A DNA stretch of 64,000 nt from Octopus bimaculoides (lineage: Eukaryota), in NCBI RefSeq assembly GCF_001194135.2, contig NC_068981.1:140225915-140289914 (forward strand), written 5' to 3'. Below, piece after piece: positions 11,595 to 25,173 of the stretch; the first letter of the stretch is position 1; each line of letters starts with the position of its first letter. The position numbers and the translations under genes are program-made. Under the pieces are notes generated by a model, which ran no database searches, was not told where the DNA came from, and saw only the letters and a program-made list of their open reading frames with translations.

Positions 11595-12167
11595 GGCACT
11601 GTGTTTTATTGGAAGCGAGATCAAACTGCTGCTATGCCTCGTAAACGAGGACATCCAATAAGATCAAAATCATGCATATTCTGGAATTAGGGTGGCGTGA
11701 TTTTTTCTGGCTTGCAATAAATATCAAGTTTGAAAAGCGCTCTGAATAAACCAGTTGGCGGCGATGTCTTCCTGGGGTTAAATAGCAGTTTCGTCGGTTC
11801 TTAGAGGACAGCCACATCAAATTCGCCATTATCAATACTTTTTGGTTCGTATACTGCTTTTATCTCGAGCGTACTAGTTTCTTAGTTACAAAATCAGTGA
11901 TTGTACGACACCGTGTTTTCAATATACTGCAAACGAGATTATACTGCTATGCAGGGCAAACGAGTACTCATCACCGAGGAGATCCAATACAGACGAAAAC
12001 CACGTGGTCTGGATGTCTTGGAGCTGAGATTGCAGGAGTTTTCTCCTGATTACAATAAATATCGAGTGCGAGAAACGCAATGAATAAACCAGCTAGAGGA
12101 GACGTCTTCTTGGAGTTAAATAACAGTATCTTCGTCTCTTAAAGGACATCCACATTAGAGTAACCAT
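11595..12167 (+). repeat. Diverged tandem direct repeat (about 11595-11830 and 11907-12167), PLE pseudo-LTR-like, each unit with a hammerhead motif and two AATAAA
   Basis: Colinear blocks shared by both units: CTGCTATGC, AAACGAG, GAGGA(C/G)ATCCAATA, CAATAAATATC, TGAATAAACCAG, GTCTTC, GTTAAATA, GGACA(G/T)CCACAT. Confidence 0.7.
11969..12015 (+). ncRNA. Minimal type I hammerhead variant with palindromic stem III
   Basis: CATCA-CCGAGGA-GATC-CAATACA-GAC-GAAA-ACCACGTGGT-C-TGGATG: stem I CATCA/TG(G)ATG, perfect palindrome ACCACGTGGT, GUC cleavage triplet; U4C core variant, one extra A, one stem II lesion. Confidence 0.6.
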
Positions 12168-12362
12168 TCTCTATACCATGTATATAGATAACACAAACTG
12201 GTTTGAACCACACTCTTTATTTAAAATCCCTACAATTGTTTCGATACAATTTTACACTAGAGGCACATTGTATAATAGCATGTTGTGCAATCACTATCAT
12301 TCATCTAAGGTGTAAAATACGAGCTTTGCATAGCAAAATATATGATTTTCACCGGAAACTAA

Positions 12363-12467
12363 TACACACACACACACGCACACACACACACACACGCACA
12401 CACACACACGCGCGCACGCACACACGCACACACGCACACATACACACGCGCACACACACACACATAC
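12363..12467. repeat. (CA)n/(CACG)n microsatellite before gap 12469-12842
   Basis: Direct reading. Confidence 0.95.
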
Positions 12468-15400
12468 ANNNNNNNNNNNNNNNNNNNNNNNNNNNNNNNN
12501 NNNNNNNNNNNNNNNNNNNNNNNNNNNNNNNNNNNNNNNNNNNNNNNNNNNNNNNNNNNNNNNNNNNNNNNNNNNNNNNNNNNNNNNNNNNNNNNNNNNN
12601 NNNNNNNNNNNNNNNNNNNNNNNNNNNNNNNNNNNNNNNNNNNNNNNNNNNNNNNNNNNNNNNNNNNNNNNNNNNNNNNNNNNNNNNNNNNNNNNNNNNN
12701 NNNNNNNNNNNNNNNNNNNNNNNNNNNNNNNNNNNNNNNNNNNNNNNNNNNNNNNNNNNNNNNNNNNNNNNNNNNNNNNNNNNNNNNNNNNNNNNNNNNN
12801 NNNNNNNNNNNNNNNNNNNNNNNNNNNNNNNNNNNNNNNNNNTGTGTGTGTGTGTGTGTACGCAGTGTCATAAATATTTTCTATAATTACCAAAGTTCCC
12901 CACTTACTTTCCATTAACTTCTAAATTACTACACCTACAATAGCACGTTGCAGTGGAAGGTAGTAATGTATTTGACGGCTACTGACCACGTAGAATTATG
13001 TCACACGCGTGCCCCTTTCTCGGAGCATCTTGCGGTTTCAATCGTCACAAAAAAAACTATATGTATATGTGCATTATATATTAATGTTCATTTTTATATG
13101 AATTTCAATATAAAAATAGTTAAAAATTCAACTAAAAATTCATTCAGTACTTTGTAATATTTTATGCAATTATTGATTTTAATAAGCAGAATGGTTTGTT
13201 ATGCTGAAGTTTCCATTTTCTAGCCTTCATCAGATACTCTAATGATAGCTATAAAGCGGAAGCTTCGAAGTCACTATCAATCTTCGCCTCCTTCTCTCTA
13301 TCGGCATCTAGCTATTTATGTATATATGTGCGTGTATGTATGCGTATGTGTGCATTTTTGTGTGGTGTGTGTTCGAATGTATATGCATATACAAATGAAG
13401 AAATATAGAGAGAAGATTGAAAGCACACATTGTCTCGGTAAATATGAACTTTAAAACAAATACTGCAGAAAAAGAGAATGCAATTATTATTGCGTATTCA
13501 TTTCTACGACGCAGAGTATATACCATCAATCATAGCAGTGGTTTAACATTTGACAAATCAATAGACTGAGTTTGAGACAAAAGTGAGTTTGTCGTTAAGT
13601 ATTTTCGAAACCATGACATATCAATAACTTCACAATTCATCTCAGTCGTTATGATTTGAAGTAGAATCACCACAGCGTGAAGATAAACACTTTTTACGTT
13701 TAGATATCATCGGCATATTTATTTACTTCTGTCGAGCTGCGGAAACGACCCCATAATCATTTTTTTCTTTCCCGATAAACTCACTTTCAAGCAATCGTTA
13801 ATGCCCGGGAAGATAGCTTCTAAAATTCTACTAGAAAAGGAAGTTAAAGAGATCCTTTAATAACGATTTTTATCCGACGTTCATTACCATTTATCCCTTT
13901 TTACGTATGTCCGTGCTATCTCTGTATTACGTTGAAAAACTTGAAATATATTTGGCCACTTACTCTTTTACTTCCAATATATTTCATTCTCTACATTCAT
14001 ATACGCACAAACAGTCGCATGCACACACACACACACACACACGCACACACAAACACTCACACACGCACAAATAGACACCCATATATGTACATAAATATAT
14101 ATAAATATATACACTATAGTATATTTATAAAATTCATTATTTTATATATATATATGTGTGTATGTATGTATATATATATGTATATATATATNNNNNNNNN
14201 NNNNNNNNNNNNNNNNNNNNNNNNNNNNNNNNNNNNNNNNNNNNNNNNNNNNNNNNNNNNNNNNNNNNNNNNNNNNNNNNNNNNNNNNNNNNNNNNNNNN
14301 NNNNNNNNNNNNNNNNNNNNNNNNNNNNNNNNNNNNNNNNNNNNNNNNNNNNNNNNNNNNNNNNNNNNNNNNNNNNNNNNNNNNNNNNNNNNNNNNNNNN
14401 NNNNNNNNNNNNNNNNNNNNNNNNNNNNNNNNNNNNNNNNNNNNNNNNNNNNNNNNNNNNNNNNNNNNNNNNNNNATATATATATATATACGTATACACA
14501 TAGCCACGCTCACGCACGCACCGATACACATAAACACACACACATACACATGTTTACTGAGCAATATATATTATAATGTATGCACCTCTGTTTGCATTTA
14601 TATCTGCGTTTGCAACCGATATTTTTAGTCAATAGACACCTTACATCTCAAACGTCTAAAATTTATATCTGCGCCTATGGATATGCGTCTATATATATGT
14701 GTGTATGAATGTGTATGTTTATCTGTATGTGTATGTATACAAAGGCGCGTTGTTGTGATGTAGGTGTGTTTGCTTGTCTATTTGTGTGCATATTTCCAAA
14801 CAGATTTGACAGAGTAGCTATAGAAAACAACACTGAAGACAATAACAAAATATTTCCTCTTTCAAAATGGCTGACAACGTACGGTATAGTGTGCATTCGG
14901 ATCAATATCAGATGTTTATGGTGTGCCTGCAATTCTGTGCATGGATAAATGCTTACAGAGTGAACTGTTATTATTATGATTAATGTTCTGAAACAAGCGA
15001 AGAACTTTGACATGAAATTATCTGACCGGTAAAGAAAATGTGATAAGAATATATATAATTAAATCTTTCCTAATTTCAAGAATGAATGAACTAAGAGAGA
15101 GAATATTTTATAGACACGTTTCATATCTCTTTGTTAAAGAAGTATCTGTCTTATATTTGAAGATGGATAACACGTTCTATAGCATATAAACACGTGAATA
15201 GTAAACTCAATTGATATTTGAATCTCTTTGGCTATAGGTATATCTCACAGTGTCTATATTATAAATGATCAATGATAGGATTTAGCAAAACAGAACAGCG
15301 GCTTCTTGAAGCTATAGTTTTCCTCATACCAAAATTACGTTTGCTTACTGTATTTATTGTAAGAAAGATTGATTTTGATTTGTTACGTATGATGGACACA

Positions 15401-17712
15401 TAATACAAGTTGATGTAATAACTAAAGAGTTATAATTTACATTTATCACTATTGATATTATTTAGGTCAGTCTGAACAAATTTGATTATGCCTGTCTAAA
15501 ATATTCAAACTTTTGACAACTATATAGAACTATTTTTTAAATAGAATCAGTATCGTGTTTCTTAGAATTTTCTAATTTAAAATACCACATCAAAGACGGT
15601 GTTTTCGAGTTTAAATCAACCTTGTAGTAGATGTTTTAATGTTTATCTTAACGCTTTTAACTTATCTGAAGTCCAGCAAATATTGATTTCGGAGACCAAC
15701 TGAAGCCAACACTTTTATAAGAAGCGGGCGTATAATCTATTCAAACAACTCTAGTTCTTGTCTGTCAGGAAGGATAAAAGTCAACATTAAAGAGTTCATT
15801 AAGTATTAGTGTCAATACTAATTGTTCGCCGTCATATGTCAATCTTAGAATATTATAATTAAGAAGAAAATATAAATAGCAGGTGTAAAATTTGCTGTTT
15901 GAAACTCAATATAGAGTGTTTACACTGACGCGCGCGCACACGCACACACACACACATACATACACACACTCACACATACACACAAACACACACTCATTAC
16001 AAATAAAAATATATGTAAACAGGAGAAATTTCATGTTAGTGCATCATCTGCATGCCGAGAAATCTAATCTATATTAAAATCAACACGAACCTTGTGCTAT
16101 AGGCCCTTGAAGTGAGGAGGTAGTAGACAGACTTCTGTCAGATAATAACATGCTTTTATAATGAAAATAAGAAAATTCGCAGTAAACTTATTTGACTCAT
16201 GAAGCGTATAATAAAGTAGCAGATAATATTCACATGGATTTGCTACTAAACTAGTATGGAGAATGCTTACCATTACTGAAATAAGAAATTATAGAGAGAA
16301 AGCATTTTTTCACAGGATAGAAAAGGCAGCGGAAAGTTCTTGTTAGTGTTGAGTAAAGAAAAAAAGGGCTAAGTTGAAAGACAGACACGAGGAGAATGCA
16401 GTAACTGATTTGCTACTACATCTGATGGTTCCCGGAAGGCTGTTACAGTTCCGGCTCGAAACACCAAATCATCATTGGGCTTCGTCTGCTGACATCAATT
16501 CATTTTCGTCAAGGCTACATTAACGATACACGAAAGGAGGAAAAGCTTAATCTTTGAGACAATCTTTTTATGTCAGAAAATCCATACGTAGGGATGAGAG
16601 GGTTGCATATAACTGTTTAATGATACCGTGTTTCCAAAACGGTACCACTGACAACGCCAATTCTCAACATTAATTATAAGAACATTCTTGTTATACTTTT
16701 ATCAATTTCTGTTAAATAATTTCATCCAACAAACTACATTCATACTGGAATAATAAATTAGCGAGTTCTGTTTAACTCTATCCTCTTTGCTTTGTCTGTT
16801 ACATCTTATAAGCATCTTAAGTTGTGGAAATGACCAGTCGAACTGAAAACAAGAGGCCGTAACCAGCAGGTAAGGTAAAACGACTACAAAGACTATATTT
16901 TTGATAATAAACACCAACAATAAACGGTTCATCTTTTTAACAATTTGATTATGTCTGAAATTTCAATGTTGTACAAAATGCTGAAGATAAAACGCCCAAG
17001 TTAATAGATCAGTAATTACAATTAAATATAAAATAACTTGTTCTACTGAAATTCCTATTTTAACATTGCACCAAGAATCCATCAGACGCATATCATAAGT
17101 AAGAAATTGTAGATTTTGGAATTTCGACAATTAATATTCTGAAAAACAGATACGTTTCTTTATCCTTGAGATACACAAGTGTCCATGTCAATACAATCTC
17201 TGATAAATAGCCGTAAACATGTCAAGAATAACAGTCTAAATTGTCGCTCGACAAATATCACTATTATTACCTGAATCTACACAGTGAAATTCAAACTTAT
17301 ATAAATGATGCACATTTTTTTTTTGATAAAATGCGAGATTGCCATACTTCCATGCCCTTCATAATAAAGCTGTTTATTGAGATCTGACTTTGACATTGGT
17401 CAGCGAAAATAAAACTTGACATAACTTTGTATTATATTACAGTTGTTATCATAGAACTATGACCGACTAAATGTAGCTTTCAACATCTCGGTTCACCAAA
17501 ATGAAAACAGGAAATTTATAGCATATTACAGTTCACACTCCTAAGAAATGGCTAACATCTAGCATTGCTTGAGATTCTCTTAGACAATTAAATGGAATGG
17601 ACTAAGAATTTAATGTTAACGATATGACCTAAATTTTCAATTGAATATTAAAACAAAAGAAGCGTTTGGATAGTTAATGATTGTTTGTGTAATGGCTTCG
17701 AAAATAATGAAC

Positions 17713-18065
17713 TAGGCACCGGCATATCTGGATGGTAAGAAGCTTGCTTCCCAGCCACATGATTCGGTGTTCAATTCCACGCCCGCGTGGCACCATGGGG
17801 AGGTATCTTCTAGTATATCCTCGAGCCAACCAAAGCCTTGTGGTTGCATATCATAGACAGAACAGAAAGTAGCTTGCCGTATATATANNNNNNNNNNTAC
17901 ATGTATAGATGTATATATAATGTATAGATATATATAATATGCATATACGCAGGTGTGAGTCTTTATGTCGATAGAATGAATAATAGGGTTTAACAAAATA
18001 AGTTCCGGGTGCGATTTGTTCAACTAAATCTCTTCAAGGCGGTGCAATATCCTAGGAGTGGCTCA
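17713..18065 (+). mobile_element. tRNA-derived SINE, family B (CORE-like), interrupted by a gap in its internal microsatellite
   Basis: GGATGGTAAGAAGCTTGCTTCCCAGCCACATGATTCGGTGTTCAATTCCAC...CGTGGCACCATGGGGAGGTATCTTCTAG; 3' part GGGTGCGATTTGTTCAACTAAATCTCTTCAAGGCGGTGC at ~18007-18045; aligns with 31990-32392. Confidence 0.8.
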
Positions 18066-18934
18066 TACGTATATAATATGGTTAAAATTACGAAATTGAA
18101 CAGATTAGGTGTCTGTGATTTGCTTTGGCAAATCTATCAATGCTTTTAATTGAAAGGTAATGATTGTACTCAAATATAAATGCGATGAATGATCACCTAA
18201 ACAAGACTTTCAAATAATGAGTCAAATTATTAATGTGATTTTTACTTGTTTACAGTGAGAACTAATATCAACGTTATGTACTTCACACATTATAACTTTG
18301 GTGAAAGGGTAAACTAATTTTTAGAATAACACTTTAATGTATTTCCATTTGAACGGTTACAGCAAAGTAGATAATTCTCTCTAGATAGTAAGTTGAAATA
18401 CAAAATCTTTTCTGCAGAATGTATGGTAAATATTCAGCTTTCATTCGTTCTCTGTAATGACATTTATCTGAGGTGGAATGATGATTGAGGAGATGGTAAT
18501 ATATGATTAAGTATAAACAGATTTATGCAGCTACAGTTAATAACAAGAGTTTACTGTGTAACATTCTGTGATATGTATCTATGCTATTATTTGGAAAGAT
18601 TATCAGATTATCTGTGTATATACCAAAAACGAACTAAGGTTGTATGACGATATGTGATTGAATCCTAGAGAGTAAACAATTTTCCTTCAATAGGCTCTCA
18701 GAACAAATCATTTCCATTCAGGCACTTTAATGAATGACGCAAATAAATGATTTCTAACATATTTTTGAGTATGAGATGAAGTATTTATCTTTCTATCCAT
18801 TTACGATGTCAACAACCTTCTCTCCGAAATACGCGTCTGAAACACTAACATATACAACCCGTGAAATTTGTTCCGGTGATGACAGAAACAATCGCAGACT
18901 AATATATGTCGTATTTGACGTCTGTGCCTCTGTG

Positions 18935-19012
18935 TATACATACATACATACATACATACATACATACATACATACATAATGCATACATACATACATACAT
19001 ACATGCATACAT

Positions 19013-19043
<31 letters not shown>

Positions 19044-19098
19044 TATATATATATATATGAATATATTATATACATGTATATATGCACACACACATATG

Positions 19099-19183
<85 letters not shown>

Positions 19184-19270
19184 CTATATATATATACATA
19201 TATAAATACATATATATGTATGACTATGTGTTTGCATGCGAGTGTGTGAGCATGTGTGTACATATACACA
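18935..19270. repeat. Compound (TACA)n(CA)n(TA)n microsatellite block
   Basis: Direct reading. Confidence 0.95.
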
Positions 19271-20861
19271 TACACATATATATAATATGCATATTTACAT
19301 ATATGTTAGTACATGTTTATGCTCATATAAATATGCGTTCCCGCTTAAGCAGGTTGTTACATACTGGAATTAATTTGAAGTGCAACAAATCCCTTTATGC
19401 CCAGTTTTTCAACAATGTATTTGTTGTCGCCAACATACTGCAAACATCGCAAATGCAACATCATTTTTTTTTTGGAAAAATGCCAACGTCGATTTCAGAA
19501 TTTAAAAAGTAACAGATCAAATACAATTTAAATGGAACATCTACTCCAAGTTCATTTAAAACCTTGGAGATAAGCAATGCATTATAGATAAAATGCGTGT
19601 AAATGCGAATATCAAATAACTACTTACATATCAGTAAACAACATATAGATTGTCATTCACACAGGACGCTTCGCTTCAAGGAAGAAAATCTAAACAATTA
19701 AACAAACATTACTCAACAAGAGGTACTCGATAAAATAAGTAGAACAAGCTCTAAAACAATACAAAACAAAATTCATTCGCAGAACTTTAGCAGTTGCAGC
19801 ATGCAGTAAAAGAGAGAAAGCATGCTGGGAGTATAAGACATAAACTAAAATTATTCTAGCTACAGTATGAATGAATGGGTTATCAAAATCTCATAAAACC
19901 GAACTTAATATGAATTAAATCTAACCACTAACAATCAGTAAACATATATTACAGCAACGCACGTATTAACAGAGAGCCATAAGGATGTAAGCCATGAAGG
20001 CGTTTGAATGGGTAATGTTTTAAGCTTACACTTCATGGCAAACACACTGCTATAATGGATATACAGGGAACAATTCGTTGTAAAGTTTTCGTACAAAAAC
20101 AACACGCTGGTACGAATGAAATAATATAACATAAAAAGAAAAATCAGAATTTAAAAGCATTAGATGATATCACACATCTGAGATTCTATTCTTCAAACAC
20201 ATATATTTCTCGAAACTTTCTTCGAAGCCAATTGCAGACTTAAAGGGCAAAGGTGCACAAATGCACAGAAGTACATATACATACATGCATACATGCATGT
20301 TATTGAATACATGTACAATCATCAACACAAGTAATACTGGTGGAATGTTCACATGGAATGAGCGAAACACAAGCCGAATATTGTTGTTTGGGACGGTCAT
20401 GAAAATGTATTTACTGTCATAGAAATCAGCTGTGTTGCTGATGTACATATCTCTTTGAATATCAATGAGTAAAAGGATAACAATGGACAACTACTTCCAA
20501 CCTCCAGGTTCTATATACTGATTATAAATTCACATTTATACCAATAAAAATTGGTGCACTTAGTTTTATGAGTAAAAGCCTGAGTGAAAATCTGGATAAG
20601 CTAGGGTTTTTCAGAGAAAGAAATCACCCATGTCCCACATTTTAAAAAACAATCTGTAAGTTGAAAAGAAAAAATATGCAAGACGTTTATCAAGTTTACA
20701 ATGTGACATCGTTTCCATTGTATCAATGAAACTAACTATCTTTGTCAGAAACCAGTTTTTTTCCTTAGGAGAAGACCTCGAATAATTACGAGAAGGCGTA
20801 CGAATATACATACACACACACACACTCACACACACACACATACTCACATGCACACACATTT

Positions 20862-21030
20862 ACATAGGCAATATAGGTGCAGATGTGGAAGTTTGATAAG
20901 GATCCCAGCTTCCCAACTAAGCGGTCTTGAGTTCACTACAACCACGTGGCATTTTGGGCAAGGGTCTTTCAGTATAGCGCCAGGCCTATGATACACTTGT
21001 GAGTGAATTTGGTAGACTACCCGTGACCCT
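20862..21030 (+). mobile_element. SINE family B, 5' half, diverged
   Basis: CTTCCCAACTAAGCGGTCTTGAGTTCACTACAACCACGTGGCATTTTGGGCAAGGGTCTTTCAGTATAGC...CTTGTGAGTGAATTTGGTAGAC aligns with the family B head and core. Confidence 0.75.
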
Positions 21031-21806
21031 GTGGGCCACAGGGAAAGTCTGAGTTTCCCAGCAACTGAGTTTTGTTTGGGAGTTTTGTTTTTCTTTTCCA
21101 AGTTATTTCGCATGCTTTCAACGAATGTGATATCGGAATCACGCGTATGCGGCACCTTGCCCCAGAAAAGGAAAGATTTAGCTTCTATCTGTTGTACGAC
21201 CTGCTACCGCGTAAAAGCTTTTTTGGATCCTTTATCGCAAATAGCATTTACTTCGTAGCAGGGCCTGCAAGAAATAGCAGGTAAATCTTTAGAAGTGAAA
21301 TACGTTGAATGCACTCGAAAAAAAACTATGGAAAAAAAATTGTTCCACACCGAGGTTACGAGAGCGTCTTTTACAAAATATTTATGTCAATACAAAGTTT
21401 TGCAATGTTATTCACTTGAAAATAATTTTAAAAACATTAAAATATAAATACTTATTGTACAAACGGCTTACATTTTTGAAATCACATTCACTTAAAAATA
21501 TTTCCAAATGATTATTTACTGCAAAAAAAAAGAAAAAAAAAGAAAAGACAAATTGTATTTTTTCGTTGTCAAGCCACTCTAATAGCAAGTTAAGAGTTGC
21601 TTCCCTTCAGGATTAAGTTAATTTCGGATACTTTTCCCGTTGTGCACAGTTTTGGGATTTATACCATGAAAACCTTTAATATCTACACAACCACTTATCC
21701 GATTTACGCGAAATTTCTTTCATAGGGTGACTTATTTACAGTATTTTCCCATTATGCGGTAGTTTGGAGGAGTAACATTGCAAGGAAGATTCCATCAGAC
21801 TCTTAA

Positions 21807-21837
<31 letters not shown>

Positions 21838-22529
21838 CATATNNNNNNNNNNNNNNNNNNNNNNNNNNNNNNNNNNNNNNNNNNTATATATATATATATA
21901 TATATCATAACAGAAGGAAAATGCACAGAGTTTACATAGTTTTAATATATTTAAAAATGAAAGAGTATTGTGGTTGTCGATCGATTTCGATTTCGCTAAT
22001 CATGACACTGAAAGTATTGTAATGTCGTATTATCTTAAGAAATATCGAAAAATACAGAACATACCTAAACATGAACACATAAACAACTCTGGTCTCAGCA
22101 TTTATTTTAATTCATGATCACATATTCATCACTGCATATATTTCATCTCACTAATTTAGTTTATGAGTTTTTGTATGTTTATTTATCTTACTCCCCAAAA
22201 TGACCAATTAACTCCCCGGTCCTCGAGTGATAACTGTCACCTATTACTTCCTCTAAGATTTTTCTACTTGTTGATTTATTCAAAAACTTTCATACAAAAT
22301 GATTGACAAAGATCTTACGAAAATAAAAAAAATACAATAATTTCAATGTCATGATTAACTGAAGCGAAACCAGACGACCAGCACAATAATCCTTTATATA
22401 GTACATATTAAAACTATGTAAACTGTGTGCATTTTCCTTCTTTTATTATATTATAAATATTTTTCTTGCTTTACAACTCACCAAGTAGGGATAATCGAAA
22501 TTCTCTTCCTCTCCTTACTTACTATATAT

Positions 22530-23105
22530 AGCCTAATATTACTGTAGTCTAATATTACTGTAAAATGCTTCATAGTACATGCATTATATGCACTACTAGT
22601 AGTTTCACGTGAGATTTTTGATGGCTCACCAGGCCTGCACGCCTCAAACACATCCTTCCACAAACCGCACACACGAAAAACCATACTTTCTCGCTTTCGA
22701 CAGGTTCACTCCTTAGTCCCGTCCTAATTCTCTCATACGTAATTCTTTTCCTCTCAAACCTTGAACAACCACTATGCACTATTTTACTCCATCTATCGCG
22801 GTCTTGTGCCTCCCTCTCCCAATCACCAGCTGCAATTCTGTCTGTATTAGAGAATTTTTAAGGCAAAACTTAAACCTTAGTTTAGGCCTATACGCTGGTC
22901 TCCTGCCATTTTCCAGCCCACCATACAATAGCTACTTGTGCACTTGCTCATCCCTCAACCTTACCAAATGTCCTCGCCCCCACTCCAAACTTCTACTGCC
23001 ACTCTTCTCAAGCACCTCCACATTATTAATGGCCATTTTCCAGTTTATCCACCCAATATTTCTCGGACAATATTGATGGTATTGTTCCAATTTCCTTACA
23101 TGCAT
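22530..23105 (-). mobile_element. RTE/BovB-like LINE 3' end with C2H2 zinc finger
   Basis: Translation VRKLEQYHQYCPRNIGWINWKMAINNVEVLEKSG...WGRGHLVRLRDEQVHK*LLYGGLENGRRP...FERKRITY...FVCAVCGRMCLRRAGLVSHQKSH; short tandem 3' repeat CTAATATTACTGTA x2 at ~22533-22562. Confidence 0.85.
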
Positions 23106-23254
23106 GCCTACGGTAAACAACCCATACCTACGGTAAACAACCCATGCCTCACACACAAACACACACATATACATACGCACACACATATATACGTACTTGC
23201 ATATGTCTGTGTGTGTGTGTCTGACTATATACACATACTCATTAATATATATAT

Positions 23255-23335
23255 ATATATACGAATCTTTCTTTCAATTTCCGTCTACCAAATCCTCTCA
23301 CAAGGCTTTATTCGACCCGGGGCTATAGTACAATG
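23255..23335 (-). mobile_element. SINE family B fragment
   Basis: TTTCTTTCAATTTCCGTCTACCAAATCCTCTCACAAGGCTTTATTCGACCCGGGGCTATAGTA matches 32235-32300. Confidence 0.8.
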
Positions 23336-24514
23336 TGTTTGAATCAAATCTAAATGTCGAACATTTTATTAGAACAATATATGTTCCATACCCGTATCTT
23401 CTGATTTTCTAAAATGTATAAAGTCAGAGTTACAATAATTAAAAGAAGTAGGAATTTGTCAAAAATAAATAATATGCGCAATCCTAAAACTAATATCGAT
23501 AGGTGCTACTTACCAAAGAAGAAGAAAGAACATGTTTGTTGTTCAATACATTAATCATTAGCATTGAGATAATGGGTCACAAAATCCATGCTGTGCTTTT
23601 GTCTGTAGCCAGAAACTTTTGACGTTATTGAAAAGTCAATAAGAATAGTCAATAATAGTCAATAAAAGTAAGAAAAGTCAATAAAAGAAAGAACGACAGG
23701 GCAATTTGAAGACAGCTGATGCAAAAAGAAAAAAAGCAAAACCTGAGAATTTTGGAAATAACGAACACTAGTTGCGAATCACAGTTGGGATGCTGGAGCG
23801 AAAAAGTTAATCGTTAATTATAACTGCCCAGGAGAAGCCATTAAACTACATTACTATTGACAAAGACTGATAAAACTCAACCAGAGCACAAACGCAGAAC
23901 GTGTGGGGAAACGACTCGACTATTAAATATTTCTTAGGTGAATATTATAAGCCAGCACAAAAATTTAAAGGAGCGCGTATGATTATATCGGGAAAAGCAA
24001 AACATTGGGATGCTAGCCATGATTGTGGGTTCAAAGTGAAATAGAAGTGGCATGAATGTGAGCCCAAGGCTCTGGTGAAAGATAATTACAGGATTTTAGG
24101 GGATTATAACGACAAATGGAAGAAATGCACCCTGTATGATTGCAAAAGAAAAAAAAAATAGAAAAAAGAAAAATGTCTTACATCAAAAATTTTACAGTGA
24201 CATGGACTCAAGTAATACATATATTTTTTGCCGCAGGCTTGTGTTCCTGATTTGTTATTCATTTCGAGATGGGAATGAAATAATAATTTAGAAATTAAAA
24301 TAAATTTTGACTGCTTCAAAGGAAATTCGTTGAAGTACACCAAATAAATATTTTATTAGCAACAGTTATGATTATATATATATATATATATACAGAGAGA
24401 GAGAGAGAGAGAGAGATGGTTGAAATAGATAAGGAGAAAAAGGAAAGCAAGATACCGTAAGAGAGATCAATGAGCTGGTTGAAAACTGGAGAATGTGATG
24501 TATATACGTATACG

Positions 24515-24587
<73 letters not shown>

Positions 24588-24644
24588 NNNNNNNNNNNNN
24601 NNNNNNNNNNNNNNNNNNNNNNNNNNNNNNNNNNNNNNNNNNNN

Positions 24645-24707
<63 letters not shown>

Positions 24708-25173
24708 AAGAGCGAAAGAGACAGACAAAGAGGGGGAGCTGTATGGTACAGGATAGCAAAGTTATGCATGTAATCTTTGCAGATTTAGTGTTTTAAAATG
24801 ATATTTGTAATAAACTACTTCTTATTTCGGTTTTTGGTTTTTGTTTTGTTAGGAATTCTTCTTTTGAAAGAAAATGAGATATTATTTTAAGTACACCTAG
24901 AGGCGTTGTGATAAAGAAACAGATTTACTCTTACAACTAAAAGTAGATTAAGATGGCAAGATATGATTGGCTAATAACTGCGAATCCCATTCAACTAAAT
25001 TCAATTATATTCATGTTGATATATAATTGATAAGAGGCAATGGTTATCAAATTTGAAATCCTACGTGTTTTGTGTTGCTCGTTTACAAAATATAGAAAAA
25101 ATCTCGATACATTTTGGTGGATCCTCCTTCAGTTTCTATAATGAATATGCTCTTGTCCGATCAACTGAATTTA

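Noticed and set aside
13700-13760. Mariner N-terminus resemblance (HRHI...AAET)
   Set aside because: Too short, needs frameshifts, and no TIRs were found.
24370-24720. Repeated (TA)n(GA)n blocks
   Set aside because: Two of the blocks flank an N gap; likely assembly redundancy or simple slippage.
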